A stretch of DNA of 64,000 nt, from assembly GCA_963845145.1 (NCBI GenBank), contig CAWJQU010000001.1, positions 224,001 through 288,000 of the forward strand. The letters run 5' to 3'. The DNA comes from an uncultured delta proteobacterium (GTDB lineage Bacteria; Desulfobacterota; Desulfobacteria; Desulfobacterales; QNYZ01). Positions 1 to 10,104 of this stretch are shown piece after piece (the stretch's first letter is position 1; the number at the start of each line of letters is the position of its first letter). Under the pieces are notes generated by a model, which was not told where the DNA came from, did not search any database, and saw only the letters and a program-made list of their open reading frames with translations. The translations under genes were made by a program, and so were the position numbers.

Positions 1-81
1 CCCCTCATATTGTGCATATCTTGGCCCAGACAAGGTATATCTTTCACTAGCAACTCTCAAAGCTTTAAACTGGAGAAAAAC

Positions 82-741
82 ATGAAAGTATTGACAATAA
101 GCTTAACTAAAAAAGTATTTGTGGGGATCATAATTACCAGCCTACTAACTATTGTGGGATGTGTCGCTAGCAAACCACTGAGCCGAACCGATAGATCCGC
201 CATTAAAGCAGTCAGCATATTAGAAGAAGTGATGATGCCCGAAAGGATGTATTATCAAGGTTTAAGGGAAAATATTCTTGGAGTTACCCTTGGCGTATTT
301 GGTGCTCTTATGGCTGAAAGCGGTAGAAAAGATGCAGAAGGGATCATAGAATTTGCCTTGGAGAAAGCAGATATAGATATTGCGAAGATCGTACGTCGGG
401 AGTTTGAACAGGAATTGAAAAATTCGAACCTCTTCCAATCAATTGTTCCCAATGATGGAACCTCAGCAGTATTTCAACTCAATATAAAAATTTACGGCTT
501 TGCTCAACCACATGGTTTGTCAAAGCAACTCAAACCGATGCTTGGAATTGAGGGCATTTTAACTAAGTCCGATGGCAAGAGTCTCTGGAAAAAATATGAA
601 TATATAACCAACCTAAACAGTAAAACACCTTCTTATACCTATGGGGAGTATTTAGAGAACCCGGAATTGATGAGAGACGCTTTTAACACAGCATCGACTA
701 TCATCATAGGCAAGTTAATTGAAGATTTGAAGCGTAATTAA
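82..741 (+). CDS. hypothetical lipoprotein
   Basis: ATG at 82 after GGAG; hydrophobic N-terminus ending in lipobox-like IVGC; AT-richer than neighbours. Confidence 0.65.
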   Translation: MKVLTISLTKKVFVGIIITSLLTIVGCVASKPLSRTDRSAIKAVSILEEVMMPERMYYQGLRENILGVTLGVFGALMAESGRKDAEGIIEFALEKADIDIAKIVRREFEQELKNSNLFQSIVPNDGTSAVFQLNIKIYGFAQPHGLSKQLKPMLGIEGILTKSDGKSLWKKYEYITNLNSKTPSYTYGEYLENPELMRDAFNTASTIIIGKLIEDLKRN

Positions 742-807
742 TTAAATATTGGAAATACGGGGTGGTGCACCAAAAGCCTGCCGGATCATGGGCCTGTCTC
801 GCGACAT

Positions 808-1407
808 CTATTCCGCCACCTCGTAAGACCATTCCATTATTTCCAGCGGATCTACCAGCCGAATTAATCTCGGATCTCGGAGCCGATTCCACTCAAATTG
901 ATCGTAAAACATCGCTTTTGTTGGCCATCCGAAAGATAGATGCAGGTGCGGCAAAATATTGGCTTTCGATTTTTTCACACAGGCAACGGTCGCAATGATC
1001 TCATCTTTATTAACGATATCGCCCACACCCAGTTCAGCCCGGGGAACCGTATGGGCATAAATGGATAAAAAACCCATGTGATCTTCCCCCTGGATATCAT
1101 GTTCGACGATAACCGCCTTGCCAAGATAGTCCTTGAATATGGCCCGAATTCGCCCATCTGACACCGCTGGTATTTGGGTGGTTTCGTCGACCCGACGACT
1201 GCGACGACCACGGTCTTTGTATATGCATAGGTCAAGCCCCTCATGGGGAAAGTCTCGCTCACCGAGGTCCCCCCACCACTTATTGATTGCATTAAACCGC
1301 ATACCGGTGCAAAAAATCCACGCATGAAACCCCTTTTCGCTCAAGGCGGTGCTGCGCAGTTGCCAGTCGACCAAATGCTTTTTGGTAGTCAAAGAGAGCG
1401 TGGACAA
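808..1407 (-). CDS. M23 family metallopeptidase-like protein
   Basis: HEGLD, YAH and PHLH motifs of M23/LytM peptidases. Confidence 0.75.
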   Translation of the reverse strand: MSTLSLTTKKHLVDWQLRSTALSEKGFHAWIFCTGMRFNAINKWWGDLGERDFPHEGLDLCIYKDRGRRSRRVDETTQIPAVSDGRIRAIFKDYLGKAVIVEHDIQGEDHMGFLSIYAHTVPRAELGVGDIVNKDEIIATVACVKKSKANILPHLHLSFGWPTKAMFYDQFEWNRLRDPRLIRLVDPLEIMEWSYEVAE

Positions 1408-1582
1408 AGGCCTTACCTTGTATCATTCCAGATAGTGGATGCCGATCACCCTATCGAGGGATACATCGGCCCTAACCCATCAGGCGAGTCTCAACACCCA
1501 ACGGATGATAGTAGTCAATGCGAAGGTCGCGGCTAAACCACTGAACCAGAGGCCGGCAAACCATACCCACTGGCTTTGCTTT

Positions 1583-2602
1583 TTAGTACATTGCTTCATG
1601 GGACGCTTTTCCCCTGAAGATATAGTAGCAGTAACCGACATAGGTTAAAATCACCGGCAACATGATGACTGTTCCTACCAGCAACAACGATTGGGATTCC
1701 GGCGCGGCGGCCGCCTGGCGAAAAGTGAATTCAAAGGGAACGAGCCATGGCCACATGCTGATTGCCAACCCCAGATAGTTCATGAAAAACAACCCCAGAC
1801 CCAGGAAAAACGGTTGATACTCTCGTTTGGCCCGTAAAGTGCGCCATAGGAAAACGAGTAAACCAATAGATACAATGGGCATGGGTGACAGCATCAGTAT
1901 ATTGGGCCAACTGAACCACAAATTTTTAAAACGATCATTAATAAAAGGCATGCTCAGGCAAACAAGCCCCATAAAGAGCGCCACATGAACGAGAAGGTAA
2001 GAAGCACACTTACGCGCCCACTTCTGGGTCTCATCTTCGGTTTTCATAATCAACCAGGTAGCACCCAGCATGGCATACCCGCAAACCACGGCCAGGCCGG
2101 TCAGGACAGTAAACGTTGTTAACCAGTCAAGCGGGCCACCCGCAAACTGGCGCCCCTGCACTGTTACACCCTGAACAACCCCGCCCAGCACCATGCCCTG
2201 GCTAAAAGCGGCGGCCAGTGATCCAAAATGGAATGCGACGTCCCAAATTTTTTTCGATGGGCCGGTGGCTTTGAATCGAAACTCAAATGCCACACCACGA
2301 AATACCAGCCCCAATAACATGAGCGTTACGGGAATATATAGAGCCGGCATTAAAATGGAATACGCCAATGGAAAGGCCGCAAACAAACCACCACCGCCCA
2401 GCACCAGCCAGGTTTCGTTACCGTCCCAGAAGGGTGCAATCGAATTCATCATGCGATCACGACATTTTTCGGTAGGGGCAAACGGGAACAGAATCCCAAC
2501 CCCCAGATCAAACCCATCCAGCACGATGTACAAAAATATGGCCGTGGCAATGAGCGCGCCCCAAATAAATGGCAGATCCAGAAAACTTTCGAAACTAAAC
2601 AT
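1583..2602 (-). CDS. cydB: cytochrome bd ubiquinol oxidase subunit II
   Basis: LDGFDLGVG and PFWDGNETWLV motifs; start MFSFESF at 2602 overlaps cydA stop. Confidence 0.95.
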   Translation of the reverse strand: MFSFESFLDLPFIWGALIATAIFLYIVLDGFDLGVGILFPFAPTEKCRDRMMNSIAPFWDGNETWLVLGGGGLFAAFPLAYSILMPALYIPVTLMLLGLVFRGVAFEFRFKATGPSKKIWDVAFHFGSLAAAFSQGMVLGGVVQGVTVQGRQFAGGPLDWLTTFTVLTGLAVVCGYAMLGATWLIMKTEDETQKWARKCASYLLVHVALFMGLVCLSMPFINDRFKNLWFSWPNILMLSPMPIVSIGLLVFLWRTLRAKREYQPFFLGLGLFFMNYLGLAISMWPWLVPFEFTFRQAAAAPESQSLLLVGTVIMLPVILTYVGYCYYIFRGKASHEAMY

Positions 2603-4001
2603 GCTCACCTCCCGTTTCATGGACCATATCGGTGACCAATGGTGGTTTCTTGACGCCGTGGGTCCCATAAGGATCTTCATCCGGGGGAACGGGACCTTTG
2701 CCAATCAATCTCAATATGTAGTAACTGCCCGCACTGAAAATAAACGTATAGCTGATAATAAACCCGAGAAGTGACAACGCGATATGGGGCCCTATCACCG
2801 GAGATACGGTCTCGGCGGTTTTCATGACCCCGTAAATCACATAAGGCTGCCGGCCGACTTCGGTAACCATCCAACCGGCCAGTACGGAAATAAACCCGGC
2901 CGGCGTCAGGGCCATGCACCACCATTGAAACCAGCGGGTATCAAACAGTCGTTTTCGAATAAAAAGGATCACCCCAACCAACCCGGTCACTACCATCAGA
3001 ACGCCCAGTCCGACCATGATACGAAAGGACCAGAAAACAACAGCCACCGGCGGGCGTTCGTCTTTGGGCCATTCTTTGAGGCCCTTAACCTCGCCGTTTA
3101 GGTCATGGGTCAGGATTAAACTGGTCAATTTCGGTATCTCGATGGCGTATTTGGTGACTTCTTCTTCATCATCAGGCCAGCCGAATAATTTTAAAGCCGC
3201 GCCTTGCTGGGTTTTCCAAAGGCCTTCCATGGCAGCCACTTTTGCCGGCTGGTGCTCCAGGGTATTTAATCCATGCAAGTCTCCGATAAACGGCTGCAAG
3301 GGGGCCACAAAAACCGCCATCAACATCGCCATGCCAAACATCACACGAGCATGTTTTGCGTGGCGACCAAGCCAAAGGTAATACGCTCCAATCCCTCCCA
3401 CGACAAAGGCGGTGGTAAGATACGCGGCGAGTACCATATGGACAAGACGATAAGGAAATGAGGGGTTAAAGATAACCTGCAACCAGTCGGTGGGATAGAA
3501 TAATCCGTTTTCTCCGACACGAAAACCTTGAGGTGTCTGCATAAAACTGTTGGCGGACAGAATCCAAAAAGCGGATAACAATGTTCCCAAAGCCACGATG
3601 GCCGTTGCCGCAAAATGCATTCTGGGGCTCACCCGGTTCCAACCGAAAAGCATGATACCGAGAAACGATGCCTCAAGAAAAAAAGCGGTCAATACCTCAA
3701 ACCCGAGCAAAGGCCCAATGATGTTGCCGACTCGATCGGCAAAAACCGACCAATTGGTGCCGAATTGATAAGACAAGACAATACCGGAGACAACGCCCAT
3801 ACCGAATGTGACGGCAAAGATTTTCACCCACATACGGTAGATGTCCTGGTACACCTGTTTGCCGGTTTTTAACCAGCGCCACTCCACCACGGCCAGCCAA
3901 CTGGCAAGCCCGATGGTGAAGGCCGGAAAAATAATATGATAAGAAATGGTGAATGCAAATTGGATTCTTGCCAACCAAACCGGATCCAAGTTCTGTATCA
4001 T
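2595..4001 (-). CDS. cydA: cytochrome bd ubiquinol oxidase subunit I (short Q-loop)
   Basis: LARIQFAFT..HIIFP, QPAKVAAMEG and EVGRQP motifs. Confidence 0.95.
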   Translation of the reverse strand: MIQNLDPVWLARIQFAFTISYHIIFPAFTIGLASWLAVVEWRWLKTGKQVYQDIYRMWVKIFAVTFGMGVVSGIVLSYQFGTNWSVFADRVGNIIGPLLGFEVLTAFFLEASFLGIMLFGWNRVSPRMHFAATAIVALGTLLSAFWILSANSFMQTPQGFRVGENGLFYPTDWLQVIFNPSFPYRLVHMVLAAYLTTAFVVGGIGAYYLWLGRHAKHARVMFGMAMLMAVFVAPLQPFIGDLHGLNTLEHQPAKVAAMEGLWKTQQGAALKLFGWPDDEEEVTKYAIEIPKLTSLILTHDLNGEVKGLKEWPKDERPPVAVVFWSFRIMVGLGVLMVVTGLVGVILFIRKRLFDTRWFQWWCMALTPAGFISVLAGWMVTEVGRQPYVIYGVMKTAETVSPVIGPHIALSLLGFIISYTFIFSAGSYYILRLIGKGPVPPDEDPYGTHGVKKPPLVTDMVHETGGEHV

Positions 4002-4212
4002 TAACCCCCCACAATATGATCAATCGAATATTGCTCTCGTTCCACGTGCCGTTTGTTTAAAGTGACTTATAAAATATCGTAAGTATCAGGTAAAGCCTCA
4101 ATACCATTTGGTGGCCATTTAAAGAGAGATTCTGAAGAATTCGCACGTTTGAATAATTCAGCCCTCCTGAAACAAGTTGGATAAAAGGGCACCGCTCATT
4201 GCTGGTGGTGGC

Positions 4213-5451
4213 CTATTCGTTTAAGCATAATTGGTAGGCCTGCTCGACTTTCTTAAACACACCCTTCCAGGTATAGGTGCCAAGTAAACCCTCAAGTGGC
4301 GAAAGATCAATTACTGCGGACTTCGATGCCGCAAGAATTTGACGCTGGAGGGCCGCTTTCAGATCTTGTTCGAATTGCTCTTCATCTTTATGATCGGGCT
4401 GATCGATATGATGCAATCGGGGGGTCTTTACTTTAGAAATGAAATCGCAATCGGTATCTCCCAATATTTCCCGGGTACCCGGAAGATCGGTCACCACGAG
4501 TCGACATCCTCCAGCCAGGCCTTCCAAGATTACCAGAGGTAGACCTTCATAAAAAGACGGCAACACTAAAATGTGGGCCTGCCGAATGATTTTGGCCAGA
4601 ACAGTCTGGGGAATTGCGCCATGGACATGTACCCTCTCTCCCAATATTTTTGCCAAGGTGAGGCATTGTGCTTTTTCTTCGCCACTGCCGCCGCCGATCA
4701 GGTGTAATTGCCACGCCGGCGATTCGATGGCCTGCAGGGCACGTAAAAACCAGGGGACGCCTTTGGCATTGCTCAATTTTCCGGCATATACCAGCTGCAC
4801 CGGGTCGGGGGTTGGTTTTGAGTCCAAATAAAACAGTTCATTATTATACCCGGCACCGGTTAGTCGAATTTTTTCACACGGTATATCATATAATCGGCTG
4901 ATATCCCGTTTTTGGGTATGGCTTAGGGCTAGCGCTACGTCTATGTCACGACACCCAGCTGCCACCTTACCCTGAAGATGTGGGCAATTTTGGAATTGGC
5001 GCAGGTCTGACCCATGGCATGAGGTCACCATGGGTATCTCCGGAAATAGCCCGCGCGCTAGCGTGCTGACCAACCATAAATGGTGGCTGTGAATGATGTG
5101 GGGTTGAAACCGGCCAACGGCCTTTTGAAGTATTTTAGAAAACGCGACCTCATATTCCTTCAGGTCCGCTTTCGACAGGTCGCAAAAGCGGGAACTTGTA
5201 TAGGGCATCACATCGCTCATACCCGGAATATGATAGCCGACATCTCCCTGGTGAAAAGTAACAAAAAGTGTGTTTTCACGTGCAATGCATAACGGTTCTT
5301 GGATACACCCCGCACCACTACCGGCGACCAGAAAATTGTCATGACCCGCTGCTTCGGCTTCGCGAATCATGGCTTGAACGTAAATACCGCTACCGGTGGA
5401 ATCCGGTCGCTGGCTTAGTACATGTAATATTTTTAACGACTTGGCGTTCAT
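4213..5451 (-). CDS. glycosyltransferase family 4
   Basis: GT-B motifs TGSG, HSHHLW, HGSD, PSFYEGLPLVILE; start uncertain (5451 or 5481). Confidence 0.85.
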   Translation of the reverse strand: MNAKSLKILHVLSQRPDSTGSGIYVQAMIREAEAAGHDNFLVAGSGAGCIQEPLCIARENTLFVTFHQGDVGYHIPGMSDVMPYTSSRFCDLSKADLKEYEVAFSKILQKAVGRFQPHIIHSHHLWLVSTLARGLFPEIPMVTSCHGSDLRQFQNCPHLQGKVAAGCRDIDVALALSHTQKRDISRLYDIPCEKIRLTGAGYNNELFYLDSKPTPDPVQLVYAGKLSNAKGVPWFLRALQAIESPAWQLHLIGGGSGEEKAQCLTLAKILGERVHVHGAIPQTVLAKIIRQAHILVLPSFYEGLPLVILEGLAGGCRLVVTDLPGTREILGDTDCDFISKVKTPRLHHIDQPDHKDEEQFEQDLKAALQRQILAASKSAVIDLSPLEGLLGTYTWKGVFKKVEQAYQLCLNE

Positions 5452-5477
5452 TGAAGCAACGGCTCCTGGCGATTGAA

Positions 5478-5960
5478 TCAAACGTCCACTTCTCGTTTAA
5501 ACCACTTGGGCATCCGTCGCCGGGTCCAACGGACAAAACCCGCTTTTTCCCCGATATAATAAGCCCGATAGGCCGCCACCGGATCATTGTCGACCTTATA
5601 CTTTTCCGGCATGGCCTGAGCGAACGTGGTCAAACCGATATCGGGAATATCGGGGGTTGCCAGTTCCATAATGACCCCGGCCGAGCGATGGTGTTTTTTT
5701 GTTCCAAAACGGTACCGATACTCATCATTTAGCGCGAGGCCCAAACGGTACAACCACTGCCAGTTTGATAGGGAACGGCCGGTCCATCGTGTGCATGGAT
5801 GTTTCTCATGGGTTGATCGGTAGGGCGCCGCGTCGCCACCCGTCTGATTGACAACCGTACATAGCATCTGCGCACTTTCCAGGATCATTTTGATCACATG
5901 TTGATCGGCATGGTATCGTGCGCACGTGCGGATGTTTCGATCCAGCACAAAAATATTCAT
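5478..5960 (-). CDS. pyrimidine dimer DNA glycosylase / endonuclease V-like protein
   Basis: MNIFVLD, HADQHVIKMILESAQML, HPCTRW, AYRAYY motifs. Confidence 0.85.
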   Translation of the reverse strand: MNIFVLDRNIRTCARYHADQHVIKMILESAQMLCTVVNQTGGDAAPYRSTHEKHPCTRWTGRSLSNWQWLYRLGLALNDEYRYRFGTKKHHRSAGVIMELATPDIPDIGLTTFAQAMPEKYKVDNDPVAAYRAYYIGEKAGFVRWTRRRMPKWFKREVDV

Positions 5961-6016
5961 CGGCGATGCTCTGACTATAACCGTTTACGTCATAAATCTG
6001 TCCCAACTTTCTGCGA

Positions 6017-6922
6017 TCAGCCCATCGGCTGGAACCATTCACTGAAGCGATCATCTTCAAAGTTGAAAATGCGGTGCATGACATCGATCAACTGCCGGGT
6101 TACCGGTCCCGGCGCATCCAGGTTTCGGTCTTCCAGGCAGCGTATCGGCAGCACCTTGGTCCCCGTAAAGGCGGTAAAGACCTCATCGGCCGCTAAAAGT
6201 TCTTCCGGTGAAATCAATTCAATGGACACGGGCAATCCAAGGGTTTCAGCAGCTTCTAAAACCGATTTACGAGTAATGCTTGCCAGGATACGACCCAGTG
6301 GCGTTGTTTTAAGTACGCCGTCTTTAACCATAAAAACCGACTCCACCGACCCTTCGGCCACAAACCCATCCGTGCCCACCATCAGACCGATGTCAAATCC
6401 ACGACTGAGGGCATCTTTTCTTACCAGGTATCCGTTTAAATAGTTGGCGCAGGCCTTGGCGCCGACAGGCACCGTCTCGGGGTGAAGCTTCCGCCACTTT
6501 GATAAACAGGCGGTGATCGGTTCGCTTTTATCGAGGCCTAGTTCTTCGCTTTCAGGAATGGCAAAAATTGCCAAATCAAGCTTGGCATCGGGAACCAGTT
6601 GAATCACCATTTCCTCGGACCAGTAGGCAAACATTTTCACCAAACCTCGACCGATTTCGTTGGCTTTAACGGTTTCAATAACGGCCGCGGCTATCTCCTC
6701 GCTGGAATAGCGTATCTCCATTCCCAGCAAATAAGCGCTCTGCGCCAGGCGTTTTAGATGCGCATCCATTTGAAAAGCAAAAACCCCTTTGGGTCCTTGA
6801 TGGATGCCGAAGATTTCAAAAATAGCCGAAGCACGTGAAAACCCATGCGATAAAAGCGGTACGGTGGCATCCTTCCAATCCACCAAAGCGCCATTCATCC
6901 ATACTTTTCCTTTTTTTTCCAT
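6017..6922 (-). CDS. ilvE: class IV (branched-chain amino acid) aminotransferase
   Basis: VWMNG, AKACANY (PLP lysine), ILASITR motifs. Confidence 0.8.
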   Translation of the reverse strand: MEKKGKVWMNGALVDWKDATVPLLSHGFSRASAIFEIFGIHQGPKGVFAFQMDAHLKRLAQSAYLLGMEIRYSSEEIAAAVIETVKANEIGRGLVKMFAYWSEEMVIQLVPDAKLDLAIFAIPESEELGLDKSEPITACLSKWRKLHPETVPVGAKACANYLNGYLVRKDALSRGFDIGLMVGTDGFVAEGSVESVFMVKDGVLKTTPLGRILASITRKSVLEAAETLGLPVSIELISPEELLAADEVFTAFTGTKVLPIRCLEDRNLDAPGPVTRQLIDVMHRIFNFEDDRFSEWFQPMG

Positions 6923-6973
6923 GCTTTCTCCCTATTCAATACAACGCGTATGGTTTGAACCGACGGTTATCGG

Positions 6974-7957
6974 TTATGCCGCCACGGTTAAAATGATTTT
7001 TCCGATATGCCGGCTGCTTTCCATCAGTTGGTGTGCCTTGGCCGCATCGGCCAAGGGAAACCGCGCAGCAATAACCGGTTGAATCGACCTGTTTTCGATC
7101 AACGGCCATATTTTGGTTTGTAACTTTTGGGCAATTTGCGCTTTGAATTGGGCCGTCCGGGGGCGAAGGGTCGAACCGGTGACCACCAGCCTTTTGAGTA
7201 GCACCGGCATCATGTCGAGATCTACCCGGGAGCCCTTTAAAAACGACAGGCTGACAACGCGACCATCCATGGCCGCCAGGGCCAGATTGCGTGGCACATA
7301 ATCGCCGCCCACCATATCCAGAATGACGTCGACCCCTTTGCCGTCCGTGGCACCCTTTAACACGGCGACAAAGTCATCTTGGCGATAGTTAACAACAACA
7401 TCGGCGCCGATATTTTCACAGGCACGGCACTTTTCCACGCTCCCTGCGGTGGCAAACACCTGCGCCCCCATTGATTTGGCCATCTGGATAGCGGTTGTGC
7501 CGATACCGCTGCTGCCACCGTGTACTAAAAAAGTTTCGCCGGCCTTAAGGCCCCCGCGATCGAACACGTTTGACCATACCGTAAAAAAAGTTTCGGGGAG
7601 CGCGGCGGCTTCATCCAGGGGCAAGCCCGCAGGCACGGGCAAACATTGGCCGGCGGGTACCGTCACGTATTCGGCATAACCCCCGCCGTTTGTCAGGGCG
7701 CATACCTGATTGGTAATCGCCCAGCTCGAGACGTCGTTCCCCATCGCCACAATTTCACCGGACACCTCAAGTCCCGGAATTGAAGATGCGCCCGGTGGCG
7801 GAGGGTAAAGCCCTTGGCGTTGCATGATATCCGGCCGGTTCACACCAGCCGCGTGGACCTTGATCAATACCTCGTTTTTTTCAGGGACAGGGACATCACA
7901 CACATTTATTTTCAAAACCTCAGGGCCGCCGCTTTCGTTGATGTCAATATACCGCAT
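6974..7957 (-). CDS. NAD(P)H-quinone oxidoreductase, PIG3/zeta-crystallin family
   Basis: AAGVNRPD, PGLEVSG, HGGSSGIG, GSTLRPR motifs. Confidence 0.92.
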   Translation of the reverse strand: MRYIDINESGGPEVLKINVCDVPVPEKNEVLIKVHAAGVNRPDIMQRQGLYPPPPGASSIPGLEVSGEIVAMGNDVSSWAITNQVCALTNGGGYAEYVTVPAGQCLPVPAGLPLDEAAALPETFFTVWSNVFDRGGLKAGETFLVHGGSSGIGTTAIQMAKSMGAQVFATAGSVEKCRACENIGADVVVNYRQDDFVAVLKGATDGKGVDVILDMVGGDYVPRNLALAAMDGRVVSLSFLKGSRVDLDMMPVLLKRLVVTGSTLRPRTAQFKAQIAQKLQTKIWPLIENRSIQPVIAARFPLADAAKAHQLMESSRHIGKIILTVAA

Positions 7958-7987
7958 CTTCCGGTCCTCCCTATAAAAGTTGTCCGG

Positions 7988-9511
7988 CTAATCGGTTTTT
8001 TTTGTAATCGTATCGGGAAATGTCTGCTCCGCGATGAGAAAATGACGGCCGATATCCCGCCTTAAATCTAGCCGGTTACCGTCTGCATTTTCACGTGGAA
8101 TGACCCTGATCTTACCATTGTCGTGGGCCGTAAGCAGTTTTTTCCGCAACCGGTCAGCCATCTGCCCACGGGTTTCATTGGGCTTTAGGGTGATATTCCC
8201 ATTTAAAAAGGCGACCCGGGTGCCGTCCGATTTGAACAGGTCGTCTTTATCCACAAAATCCATGGCCGAAGGAATCAATTGGATTCCTTTACGCTTCAGA
8301 TATTTTAAGTCCAGCGCCACCGGCTCACCCTTGGTGCATGACCAGGGGTACCCTTTCTGGCCGTCCGGACCGCCGGGACCCGTCATCAGGGCCACATTAA
8401 CGGCCACCTGGTCCTCGCGCACTTCCGGTTCGACTTCGTTGAGATTGCCGTCTAATGCAGCGGTTATCAGTGAGCCGAGATTTCGCAACCGCCGGGCGAC
8501 CGGCTGCACTTCGGGCTCCCCGGGACGGATGTTGACCTCACTGACACGAATACGCACCGGCTGCATGGCAGCATCCAGCGACACAAAGCAACCCGGATAG
8601 AGAATACAAGGCCGCAGAATCCTTTTTTCCCGCATGACCCGAATGAGGGGTTCGGCAATGGTTTTTTTCGCCATGTCAATAAGCGCCGGCGTCTCCATGG
8701 GGTGGGGGGACACGGCACCGGTGCCGCCGGTGATGGGATTGTTCTTTCCAGGAGGTCCTTCGAATCGTTCCGGGTAATCCATGGCAGTAGGCAGCACTTG
8801 ATAGTGCCCATGGGCGTCAACCAAAATCGTGAAACTAATCTCAGTACCGGACATCAACGATTCAACCAACAGGGGCCATGGTTTTTTCTTTGTAAATGAC
8901 TTTTTATAATTGTCCTTATAATCGCTGATCAACTTGTCGTAAACCGAACGAATTTCCCAGGCATTTAAAATTATCCGGGCCCCTTTTCCGCCGGCGCTGT
9001 AGGGGTATTTCAAAACCGCACCGCCAAATCGATCGATAAAGCCCAGGCAAGTGTTAAGTATTTCGGTATAATCGCGTGCATCGACCTCTCGCCAATCGTC
9101 GGCCACTGGAATACCCGCTTCCTTGCACAGGTGCTTGCAACGTATCTTATCCGCCTCAATAAAAGCGCCCGCCTGGTTCAAACCGAGAACCCGGTCACCG
9201 AATCCGGCCGCGGAAATTTGATCCACCAACCCGTCAAACAATAACGCTTCGGGCATCGGCACAAGGTAATCGATGCGGTCGTTTTGAAACGCTTCGATGG
9301 CTGCCGCAGCGTAATCATCGACAGCATTGCTCCGGGTCGGTTCAAATGCGACCGGCCATCCCATCATCTCCACAAATTTAGGCATCGCCGGCGTACCGCG
9401 CATGACAACCCCTCGATAATCATCCGTATATTTTTCGCTGGTCGCTGTGGACACAATCAGTGCCCACAACAGGGTTCGTCCATCCGTACCGGCAAACGCA
9501 ATTTTCTTCAT
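7988..9511 (-). CDS. divergent PurD-like (GAR synthetase family) ATP-grasp ligase
   Basis: GGKG loop, TGGTGA, EVNIRPGEPE, GYP and GTRV recall PurD motifs but are substituted. Confidence 0.65.
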   Translation of the reverse strand: MKKIAFAGTDGRTLLWALIVSTATSEKYTDDYRGVVMRGTPAMPKFVEMMGWPVAFEPTRSNAVDDYAAAAIEAFQNDRIDYLVPMPEALLFDGLVDQISAAGFGDRVLGLNQAGAFIEADKIRCKHLCKEAGIPVADDWREVDARDYTEILNTCLGFIDRFGGAVLKYPYSAGGKGARIILNAWEIRSVYDKLISDYKDNYKKSFTKKKPWPLLVESLMSGTEISFTILVDAHGHYQVLPTAMDYPERFEGPPGKNNPITGGTGAVSPHPMETPALIDMAKKTIAEPLIRVMREKRILRPCILYPGCFVSLDAAMQPVRIRVSEVNIRPGEPEVQPVARRLRNLGSLITAALDGNLNEVEPEVREDQVAVNVALMTGPGGPDGQKGYPWSCTKGEPVALDLKYLKRKGIQLIPSAMDFVDKDDLFKSDGTRVAFLNGNITLKPNETRGQMADRLRKKLLTAHDNGKIRVIPRENADGNRLDLRRDIGRHFLIAEQTFPDTITKKTD

Positions 9512-9722
9512 TCTTTCCCCTTTTTAGATATGGTTATCGGCCGATCCTGTATCCGAATCAGGAACCGATCTGGGAATAGATAACAAAATAAAAAACCAGG
9601 GGTCAATGGCTTATTCCGACCAGGGGCCAAGACGTAGCGCAACCCCTTGAAATATCGGACCGGAAGTCATATATATCCATCCAAACGAATCAGCCCCCGG
9701 GCAATAGGAGCGAGCATCAATC

Positions 9723-10097
9723 ATGCTAACCGGATTTGAAAAAATCGTCGAGGAACGCATCCAGCGCGCGCAACGTGAAGGACAGTTTAAGAATCTTGAT
9801 GGCAGGGGGCAACCGCTATGCCTGGAAAGCGATCAGCACATTCCGGAAGATTTGCGCATCTGCCATAAAATCCTAAAAAATGCCGATTGCCTTCCGCCCG
9901 AACTTGAGATCAAAAAGGAAATCCGGCAATCAGAAGACCTGTTGATGCAAATGCCGGATACTTCCGAGAAATATCGCATCATAAAAAAGATCAATTTCCT
10001 CATCATGAAATTCAACGCCATGAAAAACGGATCTCCGGCGTTTGAGATTCCCCAGCATTACGATCAAAAACTGGTTGAACAATTAACGACGAAATGA
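9723..10097 (+). CDS. DUF1992 family protein
   Basis: EERIQRAQREGQFKNLDGRGQPL...KILKNADCLPPE pattern. Confidence 0.85.
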   Translation: MLTGFEKIVEERIQRAQREGQFKNLDGRGQPLCLESDQHIPEDLRICHKILKNADCLPPELEIKKEIRQSEDLLMQMPDTSEKYRIIKKINFLIMKFNAMKNGSPAFEIPQHYDQKLVEQLTTK

Positions 10098-10104
10098 GCC
10101 TGCC

